From contig OX597836.1 of assembly GCA_951406725.2 (NCBI GenBank), positions 16,740,001 to 16,804,000 on the forward strand: 64,000 bases of DNA. The letters are read 5' to 3'. Below are positions 13,731 through 25,495 of this stretch, piece by piece; positions within the stretch are counted from its first letter, which is position 1, and the number at the start of each line of letters is the position of its first letter. Origin of the DNA: Octopus vulgaris (lineage: Eukaryota). Below the pieces are notes generated by a model. It worked only from the letters and a program-made list of their open reading frames with translations. It was not told the DNA's origin and ran no database searches. The translations under genes and the position numbers were made by a program.

Positions 13731-14654
13731 AGTGTTTCTGATTGAAAAGTACAGGAAACCTTGAACTCTAATTATACAACATTAACGTGTTTTATTAAAT
13801 GTATGAGCAAATGATGTAATTACATTTTTATTAAATCTGCAGGGAAATGCAATTAAATACGAAAATGTAATTATAAACACGTCAGAAACGAAAATGTAAA
13901 ATGACATAGTAATTATATTTTTAATGTTGTAATTATACTTTTAATCTTGAGAAAATAAGATTATAATATTTGAGATCACTTTAACATTCTCCCTTGACTC
14001 GGGAGCTTTAAGGGGTTCAGGTAGCATGTTTAATTAATTTAATTAGTGCAGTCGTGATCATATTGCGACCCACAGGACTTTCTGAATGGCATACCTGACA
14101 AAAAAATTAACACTATGTTTCATGAGGCCCGCTCCTCGAAAAAGGTTACCCCTACCTGACTTTACTATTTTGCTTTCTTTTGGGGCCCGAACTCCCGATG
14201 AAGTTAGAGGGATGCTGTTGTGGATATATAGTGTGCCGCTATTGGGAAGTTTTAAACCTAGCAGAGCCCATTTTCATTTGGACTGACCACAGTTGATTTC
14301 TCTCAGAAGAGAGGCAAACAAAAAGAGAGGAATTGGCCTCAGTATAGCACTGGTATTTCATTTCATAAAAAAAAAAAAAACTAACGAAAGTGTGATTTGA
14401 ACTCAGAGAGAGAAATACTGTAAAGTAATACTATTGTTCTTGATGCTCTAGCGACTAGGTCAGTTTGCTACCTTCAGTCTGCAGGGTGAGGTGAAGACCT
14501 AATAAGTATTTTGCCCGGCGTACCAACGATTCTGCCAGTTCGCTCTCTTATATTAACTGAATTATTATTAGTTGAGTCGAATGTCTCTTCCCAGAAAAGG
14601 AATTGGCTAACATGGTCTGAATGCCAGCTCGCCGCCTCAATATAAATAAAATAA

Positions 14655-14868
14655 ATGCACCCTTTTTAAAGCCTAGCCAGCCTCATGGGCCCGGTTTCCC
14701 GATTTCTATGGCGTATGTGTTCCCCACCTGGACGGGACGCCAGTCCATTGCAGCGTTACTCATTTTTGCCATCTGAGTGGACTGGAGCAACGTGAAGTGT
14801 TTTGCTCAAGAACACAACGCGTCGCCCGGTCCAGGAATCGACACCCCAACCACTAAGTCACGCGCCTC
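14655..14868 (-). mobile_element. SINE with family-D-type body and V-domain-like segment
   Basis: The - strand reads ttgagcaaaacacttcacgttgctccagtccactcag...gcaatggactggcgtcccgtccagg, which resembles the V-SINE domain as recalled. Older copies lie at ~34180-34350, 35285-35450 and 35945-36150. Confidence 0.65.
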
Positions 14869-15513
14869 AAGGAGAGAACATAATATTAAATACAATTTAA
14901 AACACTTTTGTCCGAAAAAATTTTTTTTAATCCCAGACTTCAATACCACCCTTCAGCGGTGGAAGAGGATGTGAAAGTTTGGATTTCCCCCACCCCTCTT
15001 AATCTGCACTTGTAGGTTACGCACTGACCTACTCCATAGACTGCAGATGACATGACACTGACAGGATCTGACTGAGGTGGGGGCGTATGTAATTTTTTTT
15101 CTTTCTATTTCCTACGTTCAAATCCTAAAAAAACTTCGGCAATTTTTTGGTATTCGTAAATGACGTTTTATCTATGTTCGGCAATTTACGACAGACAGAC
15201 GGATAATGATTTTTTTGCTAACTTCAGTCATTAGACTGTGGTCATGCTGGGGCACCGCCTTGAGGAATTTCAATCAAAGTAATCGACCACAGTAGTTTTC
15301 TTTTTAAGCCTGGTACATATTCTATCGAGCTCTTTGACCGAAACGCTAAGTTACGGGAACGTAAACACACCATCCCCGGTCGTCAAGTAGTGGTGAATAC
15401 ATACACATACATACATACATACATACATACACCCCCCCCAAAAAAAAAGCAACAACAACGCGAGGACGTGGTACATGTAAAGTATTAGACGCTCATGGAA
15501 GGAAAGAAAAATG

Positions 15514-15548
15514 GTTTAACGTTTCGAGCAAAGCTCTTCTTCAGAAAC
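15514..15548 (-). ncRNA. Minimal type I hammerhead ribozyme motif in a Penelope-like short repeat (~15450-15605)
   Basis: - strand: GUUU CUGAAGA A GAGC-UUU-GCUC GAAA CGU U AAAC, i.e. stem I, core, stem II, GAAA, palindromic stem III and an NUH site. Confidence 0.7.
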
Positions 15549-17067
15549 AGAGGAAAGACCAATAGAAAAGGAAGACGGAGAGAAAAAAAATCGCCAACGA
15601 TTCACAATGTGTGCGCGCGTGCGTGTGTGTAAGTGCCATGGCCCAGTGGTTAGGCTTTCCCCCCCCCCCATCAACCTGTACAGGAGTGTCAGGAAAAAAT
15701 TATATATGACCGGCTTCTTTCAGTTTCTGTCTGCCAAAACCATTCACAAAAATTTTGTCGACCGAGACTCTAGTAGAAGACACTAGCCCAAGTTGTCACG
15801 CAGTGGGGCGGAACCTGGGACCATGTGGTTGGGAAGCAAATTTCTTCCCACACAGCCACGTTTGCGTCTTATTAGTTTCAAATTTTTGGTACAATGCCAG
15901 CAATTTCGGGGGAGGGTGTTAAGTCAATTACATCGCCCCAAGTGTTGAGCAGGTACTTAATTTATCGACCTCGACGGAATTTGAACTCAGAACGTAAAGA
16001 CGGACGTAAAGCTAAGCATTTTGCCCGGCATGCTTACGATTCTGCCATCGCCTTACATTAATTGAATTAATATTGGTTGAGTAAAATAGTTCTTCCTAGA
16101 AAAGAAATTGGCTAATATAGTCCCAGTGAAACCACAGAAAAAAAAATGCCATCGCTTCCCATCAGGTTCTTCTCGACCGCTCATTGAACGTGCAGGATTA
16201 TTGCACTGCTAACATATTGGCTATTATTCCTCAGCATACAAGCCACCGAATAGCTTTCTCAGTGTTCGTTGATACGGTATACCTCGGCTGCTATTTCCGA
16301 AATACTCAACATTTCACTCGACGGTACAATACACGTAGGTTCTTGCCGATGTGGAATAATAGAGTTCATGTTCTGATTTTTTTAAAGCAGTAATGCAGTT
16401 AAGAGTGGAAATTAATGCATGCTAGATTTAACAGCTCCATCATAACTACCTCCTTAGAAGCGTATGAACTTGTCAGCCCACCCCTCATACAATTTGATAC
16501 AAGCGAGGGCTTTTCTTGTTGCATTTAAGCTGAAGAGATTTCATTATTCCTACATTATTCGAGGAAAGGGAATGTCTGGATAAATACCAATCTAGTCTAG
16601 AGAAAAACAAAACTGGATTAGTGAAGGTTAGAACGTTTTAGCTCTTCAGGTCATTGAGATAATTCTCAAAAAGATTGGGTCCACCGATTTAATTGATGCC
16701 ATTTAGATGCAGAAGTTGTTCGATGTAAAGAAAGATAGGCATTGTATATAACTTTCAATATAGTTAATTATTCTTGAACAATTTTGAAAAATAAATATGG
16801 ATTTTTTTGTAGAGGCCCGGGTCTTTCCCCTGCTTATATTGAGCCTTTGAATTTATAAAAAGGAGCTGGTAAACAGGAACATAGATGATGAACAAATACT
16901 TATTCACAACGTTAAAAGTTTTAGTGGTTAAGGTTTCTTTAGAAGTCAAAAGAACTCAGAACGGGGATTAAATAATCTCAACACAACAAATGAAACTGGA
17001 AAGAAATATTTCACAGCGGTTAAAGTTCTATGTAGAAACGTGTAAAGGCGTAAATTAATAGATATAG

Positions 17068-17754
17068 TCAGTCAGTGGTTGGAGCTGCTGTAACTGGTGT
17101 TTCACGTAAGTATTTGCGATAAAACAGGTAAACACAGAGAACAACTAATCCAATACAAACAATAATAAATATATAGAAAGCCAAGGTCCTCATTTTGGAG
17201 TCTTTTACAGGTGGGGGACTTGATGAAAAATACAAGTAGGTTATTAAGTCTATTTCTGTAGTGGTTGTTATAACCTTGTTGGTCGGACTTCTGGTAGAAT
17301 TGGAACCAGATATTTTGTCTGTTTCATTAGGTAGCTGGGAGTAAAGATATCCAGTAAGGATTGTGTTTGCCAACCCATTCTTTAGCTGTTTCAAGTCCAG
17401 TGCTTCAGTGGTGTTGGAGGACGAAGATGATTGTGCTCGGTACAGACTGGTAGGTTCAGAGTTAAATTTTGTAGAATTTCGTTCAGCGACAACAGGAAGG
17501 GTAGAATTTGAGCTGGTTCTAAATTTATTTAATGCAGCATGGTTTCGAGATAATCTTAGCGACGGCTGCGAAGACGGCTTTGAATTGTTGACAGCAGCAG
17601 CAAGGAATGGAGATTGGATGACGGAAGCTTCTGGAAGACTTGCCGCAACATTTCGAGAGATATTTTCTTTGGCAAACACATGTATCCGCTGTGTGACGGA
17701 TAACAACCAAACTTGTGTAATGGTCAGGCATAAGAAATAACGAATACCTTCCAT
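17068..17754 (-). CDS. Single-exon 228-aa Ser/Thr-rich (mucin-like) type I single-pass membrane protein, uncharacterised
   Basis: Longest ORF in the track and in non-repetitive DNA. It has a hydrophobic N-terminus (signal-peptide-like), an S/T-rich ectodomain with 7 N-x-S/T sequons, a TM helix LAFYIFIIVCIGLVVLCVYLFY followed by RK, and a 16-aa tail. Confidence 0.8.
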   Translation of the reverse strand: MEGIRYFLCLTITQVWLLSVTQRIHVFAKENISRNVAASLPEASVIQSPFLAAAVNNSKPSSQPSLRLSRNHAALNKFRTSSNSTLPVVAERNSTKFNSEPTSLYRAQSSSSSNTTEALDLKQLKNGLANTILTGYLYSQLPNETDKISGSNSTRSPTNKVITTTTEIDLITYLYFSSSPPPVKDSKMRTLAFYIFIIVCIGLVVLCVYLFYRKYLRETPVTAAPTTD

Positions 17755-18628
17755 TATAAAGGTCCCTGTATGTATTTATAATAACTATGTTTCCACCAGC
17801 CTCTTCCAAACAGCAGCAATACAGCTCTCTGTGAAAACTTTGCTGTGCTCCCTTTCAGGTTCTATCTCAATATAATATATGATTAACTTCGTGTTAATCC
17901 AAAAACGTGTCTCTGAAAACTTCCATTAAAAAATGTAGGGGTTTCCGTCTGCACATGTATGAACAAGAATGAGTAAAATTTATTGCCGAAGTCTGACAAT
18001 TACCCCCATTATATGTAAGCATTCACTTTTGCGCACAAGCCGATGTTTATTATTGAAGGGATATTTGTCCCAGCTCTCTGCACACCAAGTTCAAATCCTG
18101 CACTTGGCAATTTTACTTTTCATTTTTTTCGTAGGATCAATAAATTAAAAAAAAACCAATCCAGAGCGGTGGGAAATGGTGGGAAATGTTAGGGTTTTTT
18201 TTTTATTTGTTCCATCTCTTTATCTTTTATTTGTTTCAGTCATTAGACTGTGGCCATACTGGGGCACCACTTTGAAGAACTTTTAGCCGAATAAATCGAC
18301 CCCAGTACTTATTTTCTTTAAGCATGGTACTTATTCTATCAGTCAGTTTTGTCGAACTGCTAAGTTACGGGGGACGTAAAAACACCAACACCGATTGTCA
18401 AGTGGTTGGAGTGGGGGGAATACTACACAAAGACACACACACACACAAGTTCAGTATAATTTAGAATCAGATGAATATGGTACTTAAGTTAAATGCACCA
18501 GAATTTAGTAATGTATTATCCATATAATTCAAAATGGGGTGATTGTAATCAAAATAAGCAACAAGGATATCCAGAGGTAATGCAGTATGTGCGTGGATTT
18601 GGTTGACGGAAACTGAAAGAAGCTCATC

Positions 18629-18678
<50 letters not shown>

Positions 18679-18748
18679 CGATGGACTTCTTTCAGTTTCC
18701 ATTAACCAAACCCACGCACAAGGCTTTGGTCGACCAGAGGCTATAACA

Positions 18749-18972
18749 GAGCTGGCAGAAACGTTAGCACGCCGGGCGAAATGCGTAGCCGTATTTCATC
18801 TGTCGTTACGTTCCGAGTTCAAATTCCGCCGAGGTCAACTTTGCCTTTCATCCTTTCGGGGTCGATTAAATAAGTACCAGTTACGCACTGGGGTCGATGG
18901 AATCGACTTAATCCGTTTGTCTGTCCTTGTTTGTCCCCCTCTGTGTTTAGCCCCTTATGGGTAGTAAAGAAA
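18749..18972 (+). mobile_element. Young family-A tRNA-derived SINE
   Basis: A box tggcagaaacgttag, B box gagttcaaattcc and conserved core. Further copies at ~7441-7636(-), 9120-9510, 23302-23902, 34495-35030, 44614-44845, 47588-47990, 53593-53823 and 60769-60980. Confidence 0.9.
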
Positions 18973-19085
18973 TATATAATAGAGAAGGCGCTTGCCCAAG
19001 GTTCAGCACTGTAGGACTGAAACCTAGAACCATGTAGCTGAGAGGCAAACTTATCATCACAGCCACACCTACTGTTATTTCATAA

Positions 19086-19242
19086 CAGGAGTGGCTGTGT
19101 GGTAAGTAGCTTGCTAACCAACCACATGGTTCCGGGTTCAATCCACTGCGTGGCATCTTGGGCAAGTGTCTTCTGCTATAGCCCCGGGCCGACCAATGCC
19201 TTGTGAGTGGATTTGGTAGACGGAAACTGAAAGAGGCCCGTC

Positions 19243-19298
<56 letters not shown>

Positions 19299-19507
19299 TT
19301 GTGTGTCTGTGTTTGTCCCCCTAGCATTGCTTGACAACCGATGCTGGTGTGTTTACGTCCCCGTCACTTAGCGGTTCGGCAAAAGAGACCGATAGAATAA
19401 GTACTGGGCTTACAAAGAATAAGCCCCGGGGTCGATTTGCTCGTCTAAAGGCGGTGCTCCAGCATGGCCGCAGTCGAATGACTGAAACAAGTAAAAGAGT
19501 AAAAGAG
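19086..19507 (+). mobile_element. Full-length family-B tRNA-derived SINE with internal (TA)n(TG)n
   Basis: A box tggctgtgtggtaag, B box ggttcaatccc, CORE-like cttgggcaagt and an (aaagagt)n tail. Other copies at ~21860-22240(-), 22760-23170(-), 29931-30308, 32592-32948, 38110-38522(-), 47035-47440 and 55760-56118(-). Confidence 0.9.
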
Positions 19508-19822
19508 TATCGTTGAAGTTGATAAGTCTTCCTCGAATTAGCATGTTAAACATAATAGCACTTATACAAATATTCAGGCCACCTCTTCCTGTCGTTCTCG
19601 GAAAATCTGAAAAGGAAAGGAAAGGAAAAGTCAGAGCAGCAGTTTTTACCCTTCCTTGATTTAAACGGTTAAAAAAATAAACCATCGAAGTCTCGGCTAC
19701 AGCCGTTGGAAAGATACGACTTTAAAAGAAGTATTGTCAAGTTCGTTAATGTATTCTGCTGCTTTTCAGTTTTAAACTGGGATTAATTTTTTTTTACAAC
19801 TGTCGCTGGTCTTAACTTCCAG

Positions 19823-19826
<4 letters not shown>

Positions 19827-19892
<66 letters not shown>

Positions 19893-19939
19893 GTGGTGTG
19901 TGTGTGTCTTTGTTTCAATGTAACTACCTATCTGTAAAC

Positions 19940-19992
<53 letters not shown>

Positions 19993-20098
19993 CGTCTATC
20001 TATCTGTCTGTCTGTCTATCTATCTCTCTATCTGTCTGTCTGTCTATCTATCTCTCTATCTATCTGTCTGTCTATCTATCTCTCTATGTGTATGGCGG

Positions 20099-20164
<66 letters not shown>

Positions 20165-20242
20165 CGTCTATCTATCTGTCTGTCTGTCTATCTATCTCTC
20201 TATCTGTCTGTCTGTCTATCTATCTCTCTATGTGTATGGCGG

Positions 20243-20284
<42 letters not shown>

Positions 20285-20471
20285 AATCTATCTATCTGTC
20301 TGTCTGTCTAACTATCTCTCTATTTATCTGTCTGTCTATCTATCTCTCTATCTGTCTAACTATCTCTATCTATCTGTTTATCTCTGCCTGTTTCTCCAGC
20401 CTCTCTTGTTTTTTTTCTCTCTCTCTCTCTCTATCTCTAGCTCTCTCTCACGCACACACACACACATTCAC

Positions 20472-20502
<31 letters not shown>
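19827..20502. repeat. (CT)n/(TATC)n/(TGTC)n compound microsatellite
   Basis: Direct; it includes a duplicated atgtgtatggcgg-containing unit. Confidence 0.97.
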
Positions 20503-20990
20503 CTCATCAGCTGATATGGTGTCGATGTGGTGGGGCAAACTGTCTTCCGAAAGTCTTACCAAGACTCACTGCACATCATTGATTCAGTAGTCGACAGCCC
20601 TATATAATTAACGACGTTGTGGGCTTACACTCAGTCAAGACACTAAGTTAAGAAAAGGGGGAAACCATATGTACGGGGGGGGAGGGGTGAAGATAGGAAG
20701 AAACATGTCTGAAGCTAAATATATAACTATCATAGGATTAACAACTTTCTTGTAGTGAAGTGGTAGTAACTAAAATACCAACGGGGAGGTTGATGACAAA
20801 CCTGGTGTTGAAGTGATGGTGGTGGTGGTGGTGGCGGCGGCGGTGGCAGTGGTGGTGGTTCTGGTTGTGATGGTGGTAGTCGTTGTCGTCGTGGTGATAA
20901 CGATGGCCATGATCACAGTGATTGGAGTTCTAGTGTGCGTGTACGCGCGTGTACTGTCTGTAGACGGTGCCATGTTTGTGTCTGCATTAT

Positions 20991-21038
<48 letters not shown>

Positions 21039-21039
21039 C

Positions 21040-21356
21040 ACCGTGATCACCGTGACCGAACAGGCCATCAGATGTTGTTACACATCGCTGGTCACAATGC
21101 GCTTCGCATTGTTTTTTAGCCTTCAAATGACGCCACCCCGCTGGTTAAGCGAGCAGGCCAACAGAAGAAAGAGTGAGAGAAAGTTGTGGCGAAAGAGTAC
21201 AGCAGGGATCGCCACAACCCCCTGCCGGAGCCTCGTGGAGCTTTAGGTGTTTTCGCTCAATTCGATAAACACTCACAGCACCCGGTCTGGGAATCGAAAC
21301 CGCGATCCTACGACCGCAAGTCCACTGCCCTAACCACTAGGCCATTGCGCCTCCAC
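21040..21356 (-). mobile_element. Family-C SINE head with alternative tail 2
   Basis: Head matches 48898 onward up to actttctctcactctt, then continues into a different tail. Confidence 0.8.
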
Positions 21357-21823
21357 GTATATATATATATGCCCTTCTAAACAATGCTATTACATCCTTT
21401 TCTCCTGGAACTGTATTCCCTTCTGACCGTGTGCCTTCCCTTTCAAAATTCCCAGGGTCCACACCTGGTAGTAGTTCTCAACTGGGGTCCATATGGAATC
21501 TGAGGGTCCATATAAGAGTTTTTTTGGGGTGGGGGTCTACACAACAAAATAGTAATAATTATTAATAGAATAATTAACCCATAACTGGGACCCTGACAGG
21601 TGTAACTACTCCAGGTCAGAATAAACCTGGGCACAATAGTGGCTGAGAGGTATTTTCACACTCCTCAAAGCCTTGGAACTCTTGAACCTGGTCCCTACTA
21701 CTGGATGCAGCTTAAAGTTATACACTGAACACTCTCCCTTTCTATAACAGTGTTATCAACCTCTTCTGTATTCTTTCTCTCCCCTGTCTACAACCATGAT
21801 GTCGGTCTTTATATTGTTCTTTC

Positions 21824-21857
21824 TCTCTGAAGAAGGACAATTGTCTGAAACATCAGA
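21824..21857 (+). ncRNA. Decayed minimal hammerhead motif
   Basis: UCU CUGAAGA A GGAC-AAUU-GUCU GAAA CAU C AGA; reverting two CpG-type transitions restores CCGAAACGUC. Confidence 0.5.
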
Positions 21858-22968
21858 TACTCTTTACTCTTTTACTTGTTTCAGTCATTTGACTGTGGCC
21901 ATGCTGGAGCACCGCCTTTTAGTCGAGCAAATCGACCCCGGGACTTATTCTTTGTAAGCCCAGTACTTATTCTATCGGTCTTTTTTTCTGAACCGCTAAG
22001 TGACAGGGACGTAAACACACCAGGGGGACAAACACAGACACACAAACACATACACACACACACATATATATACATATATACGACAGGCTTCTTTCAGTTT
22101 CCGTCTATCAAATCCACTCACAAGGCTTTGGTCGACGCAAGACTATAGTAGAAGACACTTGCACAAGATGCCATGCAGTGGGACTGAACCCAGAACCATG
22201 TGGTTGTTTAGCAAGCTATTTACCACACAGCCACTCCTGCTGTTTCACTTCTCATATCAAATCAACAATTTTTTTTTCTTTCTTTCTCCAAACATTTTTA
22301 TATCCAGTTGGGTATCATTCAAGGTTGCTCTAAGACTGTAAGGTGTTATTTGAAGGTGATTTGACTACTACTTCTAGCATGTCGAGTGATCACATATATG
22401 TTCCTTTGTTGTTGTTGTTGTTTATGATGATGTTTAATACCAGTTTAAACCCATGCAAGTTGATCTATGATCAAAAGTATTCCTGCCATGACCATCTAGC
22501 CTTTCCCTTCAGACTTAGATTAAACCTGAATTACATTTGATAGATGAGATCTGGGGGTGATTTAATGATGATGATGATGATGATGATGATGATATTGTTT
22601 AATCGTAGGTCAACCATATACAAACTGATCTATGATCAAAGGCATTCCACCCATGAGCATCCTGCCTCTTTTTTCATTCTTTTCTTCATGCTTCATTCTT
22701 TTATTCTTTCATTTTTTATGTTTTATTCTTTATTCTTTTATTCTTTTATTCTTCCATTCTTTTACTTGCTTCAGTCATTAGACTGTAGACTGTGGCCATG
22801 CTAGAGCACCACCTTGAAGACCTTTTAGTTGAGCTAATCGACCCCAATACTTATTTTCTCTTTAATCCTGGTACTTATTCTGCTGGTATCTTTTGCTGAA
22901 CTGCTAAGTTACAGGGATGTAAATACACCAACACCAACACCAGTTGTCAAGCAGTGGTGGAGGACAAA

Positions 22969-23005
<37 letters not shown>

Positions 23006-24009
23006 GCACATGTATAATGGGCTTCTTTCAGTTTCCATCTACCAAATCCATTCACAAGGCTTTGGCTGACCTGAGGTTATAGTAGAAGACACTTGCCCAA
23101 GGTGCCACTCAGTGTGACTGAACCTGGAATCATATGGTTGAAAAGCAAGCTTCTTACCACCCAGCCATGCCAGTACCCAAAAAGTGAGATGCTTACAGCA
23201 CATAGGTTTCCTATGCAGTGACCCATTTAGGTACTAATTAGGCTCAACACTAACTCCGGTGATCAGACGAGAACTGGTGCATTAAGAATGATATGGCTGT
23301 AAGGTGGTGAGCTGGCAGTAACGTTAGCACACCGGGCGAAATGCTTAGCGGTATTTTGTCTGCCGCTACGTTCTGAGTTCAAATTCCGCCGAGGTCGACT
23401 TTGCCTTTCATCCTTTCGGGGTCGATAAATTAAGTACCTGTTACACACAGGGGTCGATGTAATCGACTTAATCTGTTTGTCTGTCCTTGTTTTTTCCTCT
23501 CTGTGTTTAGCCCCTTGTGGGTAGTAAAGAAATAGGTATTTCGTCTGCCACTAAGTTCTGAGTTCAAATTCTGCCGAGGTCGACTTTGCTTTTCATCCTT
23601 TCGGGGTCGATTAAATAAGTACTATTTATGCACTGGGGTCGACATAATCGACTTAATCCGTGTGTCTGTCCTTGTTTGTCCTCTCAGTGTTTAGCCCCTT
23701 GTGGGTAGTAAAGAAATAGGTATTTCGTCTGTCGCTAAGTTCTGAGTTCAAATTCTGCCGAGGTCGACTTTGCCTTTCATCCTTTCGGGGTCGATTAAAT
23801 AAGTACCAGTTACACACTGGGGTTGGTTTAATGGACTTCATTCATTTGTCCATCTTTGTTTGTCCCCTCTGTGTGTAGCCCCTTGTGGGTAGTAAGGAAA
23901 TAAGAATGATATGGCCATATTTTCTTTTAAGACAGTAGATTTGATTTGAAGCAGATTAATGTATTGCTTTTAGCAGATCAAACAGCCACAGCTTCCTCAC
24001 TGGTTTGAA

Positions 24010-25495
24010 TGGTGGTGGGGGTCATGGTGGAATCAAGGTAGTAGGTTTGGTCTTAGTATTTGTGGAAATGCTACTATGATTGACGTGGTGTTGGTCAGTT
24101 GTATTGGTGGTGATGTGTTTGTATTGGTGATGATGTGGCAGAGGTGGTGGTGGTGGTGGTGGTGGTGGTGGTGGTGTGTGTTGGTTGGTGGTGTGTTGTT
24201 ATTTGTGGTGGCAGTATGTGAGTGATGTGAGAGTGTTGGTGTCCCTTTCATGGTTGTTGCTGATGCTTTTGGTGATGTGAAGGCATTCATGATGTGATGG
24301 TGTTGAAGGTGTGTTATTTGTGGTGGTGGTATTGGTGGTGATGGTAGTGGTGGTGGTTGTGGTGGGGGATTGTGATGGTGGTAGTGGTGTTGGGGATTGT
24401 GATGGTGGTGGTGGTGGTTGTGGTGGTGGTATTGATGTTGCTGGTGGTGGTATTGGTGGTGGTGGTGGTATTGATGTTGCTGGTGGTGGTGCTGGTGGTG
24501 GTGATGGTGGTGTTGATGTTACTGGTGGTGGTATTGGTGGTGGTGGTGGTGGTTGGTGGTGGTGGTGGTGGTGGTGGTATTGATGTTGCTGGTGGTGGTA
24601 TTGGTGGTGGTGGTGGTGGTGGTATTGATGTTGCTGGTGGTGGTGGTGGTGGTGGTGGTGGTAGTGATGGTGGTGTTGATGTTACTGGTGGTGGTATTGG
24701 TGGTGGTGGTATTGATGTTGCTGGTGGTGGTATTGGTGGTGGCAGCAGTGGTGTTGGTGGTGGTGGTGGTATCGTTGATATTGGTTTCGTGGTTGGTGAT
24801 GTGGTAATATTGGTGATGTGTTTGTATTCGTGGTGGTTAGTTTGGTGGTGGTGGTGTTGTGGTGTCAGGGTTGATGGTGATGTGTCATTGATGATGTGTT
24901 GGTATTAGTTTGGTTGGAGTTTCCTTGATAGGTTTTATAAAAAGTGATATATTGATATTGGTGATAAGGTGGTGGTGGTGCTGTTTTTGGTGGTGGTGAC
25001 GGTGTTGGTAGTTGTGGTGTTGGTGGTAGTAGTGGTGGTAGCAGTGGTGTTGGTGAAGGTCAGGTAGGTGGGTTTGTTCAGTTGCAGTCATGTGGTGTTG
25101 ACGGTATTGAAGGAGGCAGTGATTGTGATAATGGTGGTGGCAGTGGTGGTGGTGGTGGTGATTGTGATGGTGGTTGTAGTGGTGGCAGTTGTAGTGGCGG
25201 TAGTTGTAGTGGTGGTGGTTGTAGTGGTGGTGGTTGTGATTGCAGTGGTGGTTGTAGTGGTAGTGTGGTTGTGGTGGTGGTGGTGGTGGTGGTGGTGATT
25301 GTGGTGGTGGTCGTAGTGGTAGTGGTAGTGGTTGTGGTGGTAGTAGTGGTGGTGGTTGTGATTGCAGTGGTAGTGGTTGTGGTGGTAGTGGTTGTAGTAG
25401 TGGTGGTGGTGGTGATGGTGGTGGTGGTTGTAGTGGCGGTGGTAGTAGTCGTGGTGGTGGTGGTGGTAGTTGTGATTATTGTGGTGGTGATGGTA
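24010..25495. repeat. Degenerate (GGT)n-based low-complexity/minisatellite region
   Basis: Direct; recurring ggtattgatgttgctggtggt unit. Confidence 0.92.

Noticed and set aside
16625-16650. - strand CUGAAGA...AAAACGUU hammerhead look-alike
   Set aside because: No stem II, and GAAA is absent.
17363-17809. 125-aa antisense ORF and 94-aa alternate-frame ORF
   Set aside because: Shadows of the 228-aa gene with non-ATG starts and no protein features.
19898-20582. Long YLSI-repeat ORFs
   Set aside because: Translations of (TATC)n microsatellite.
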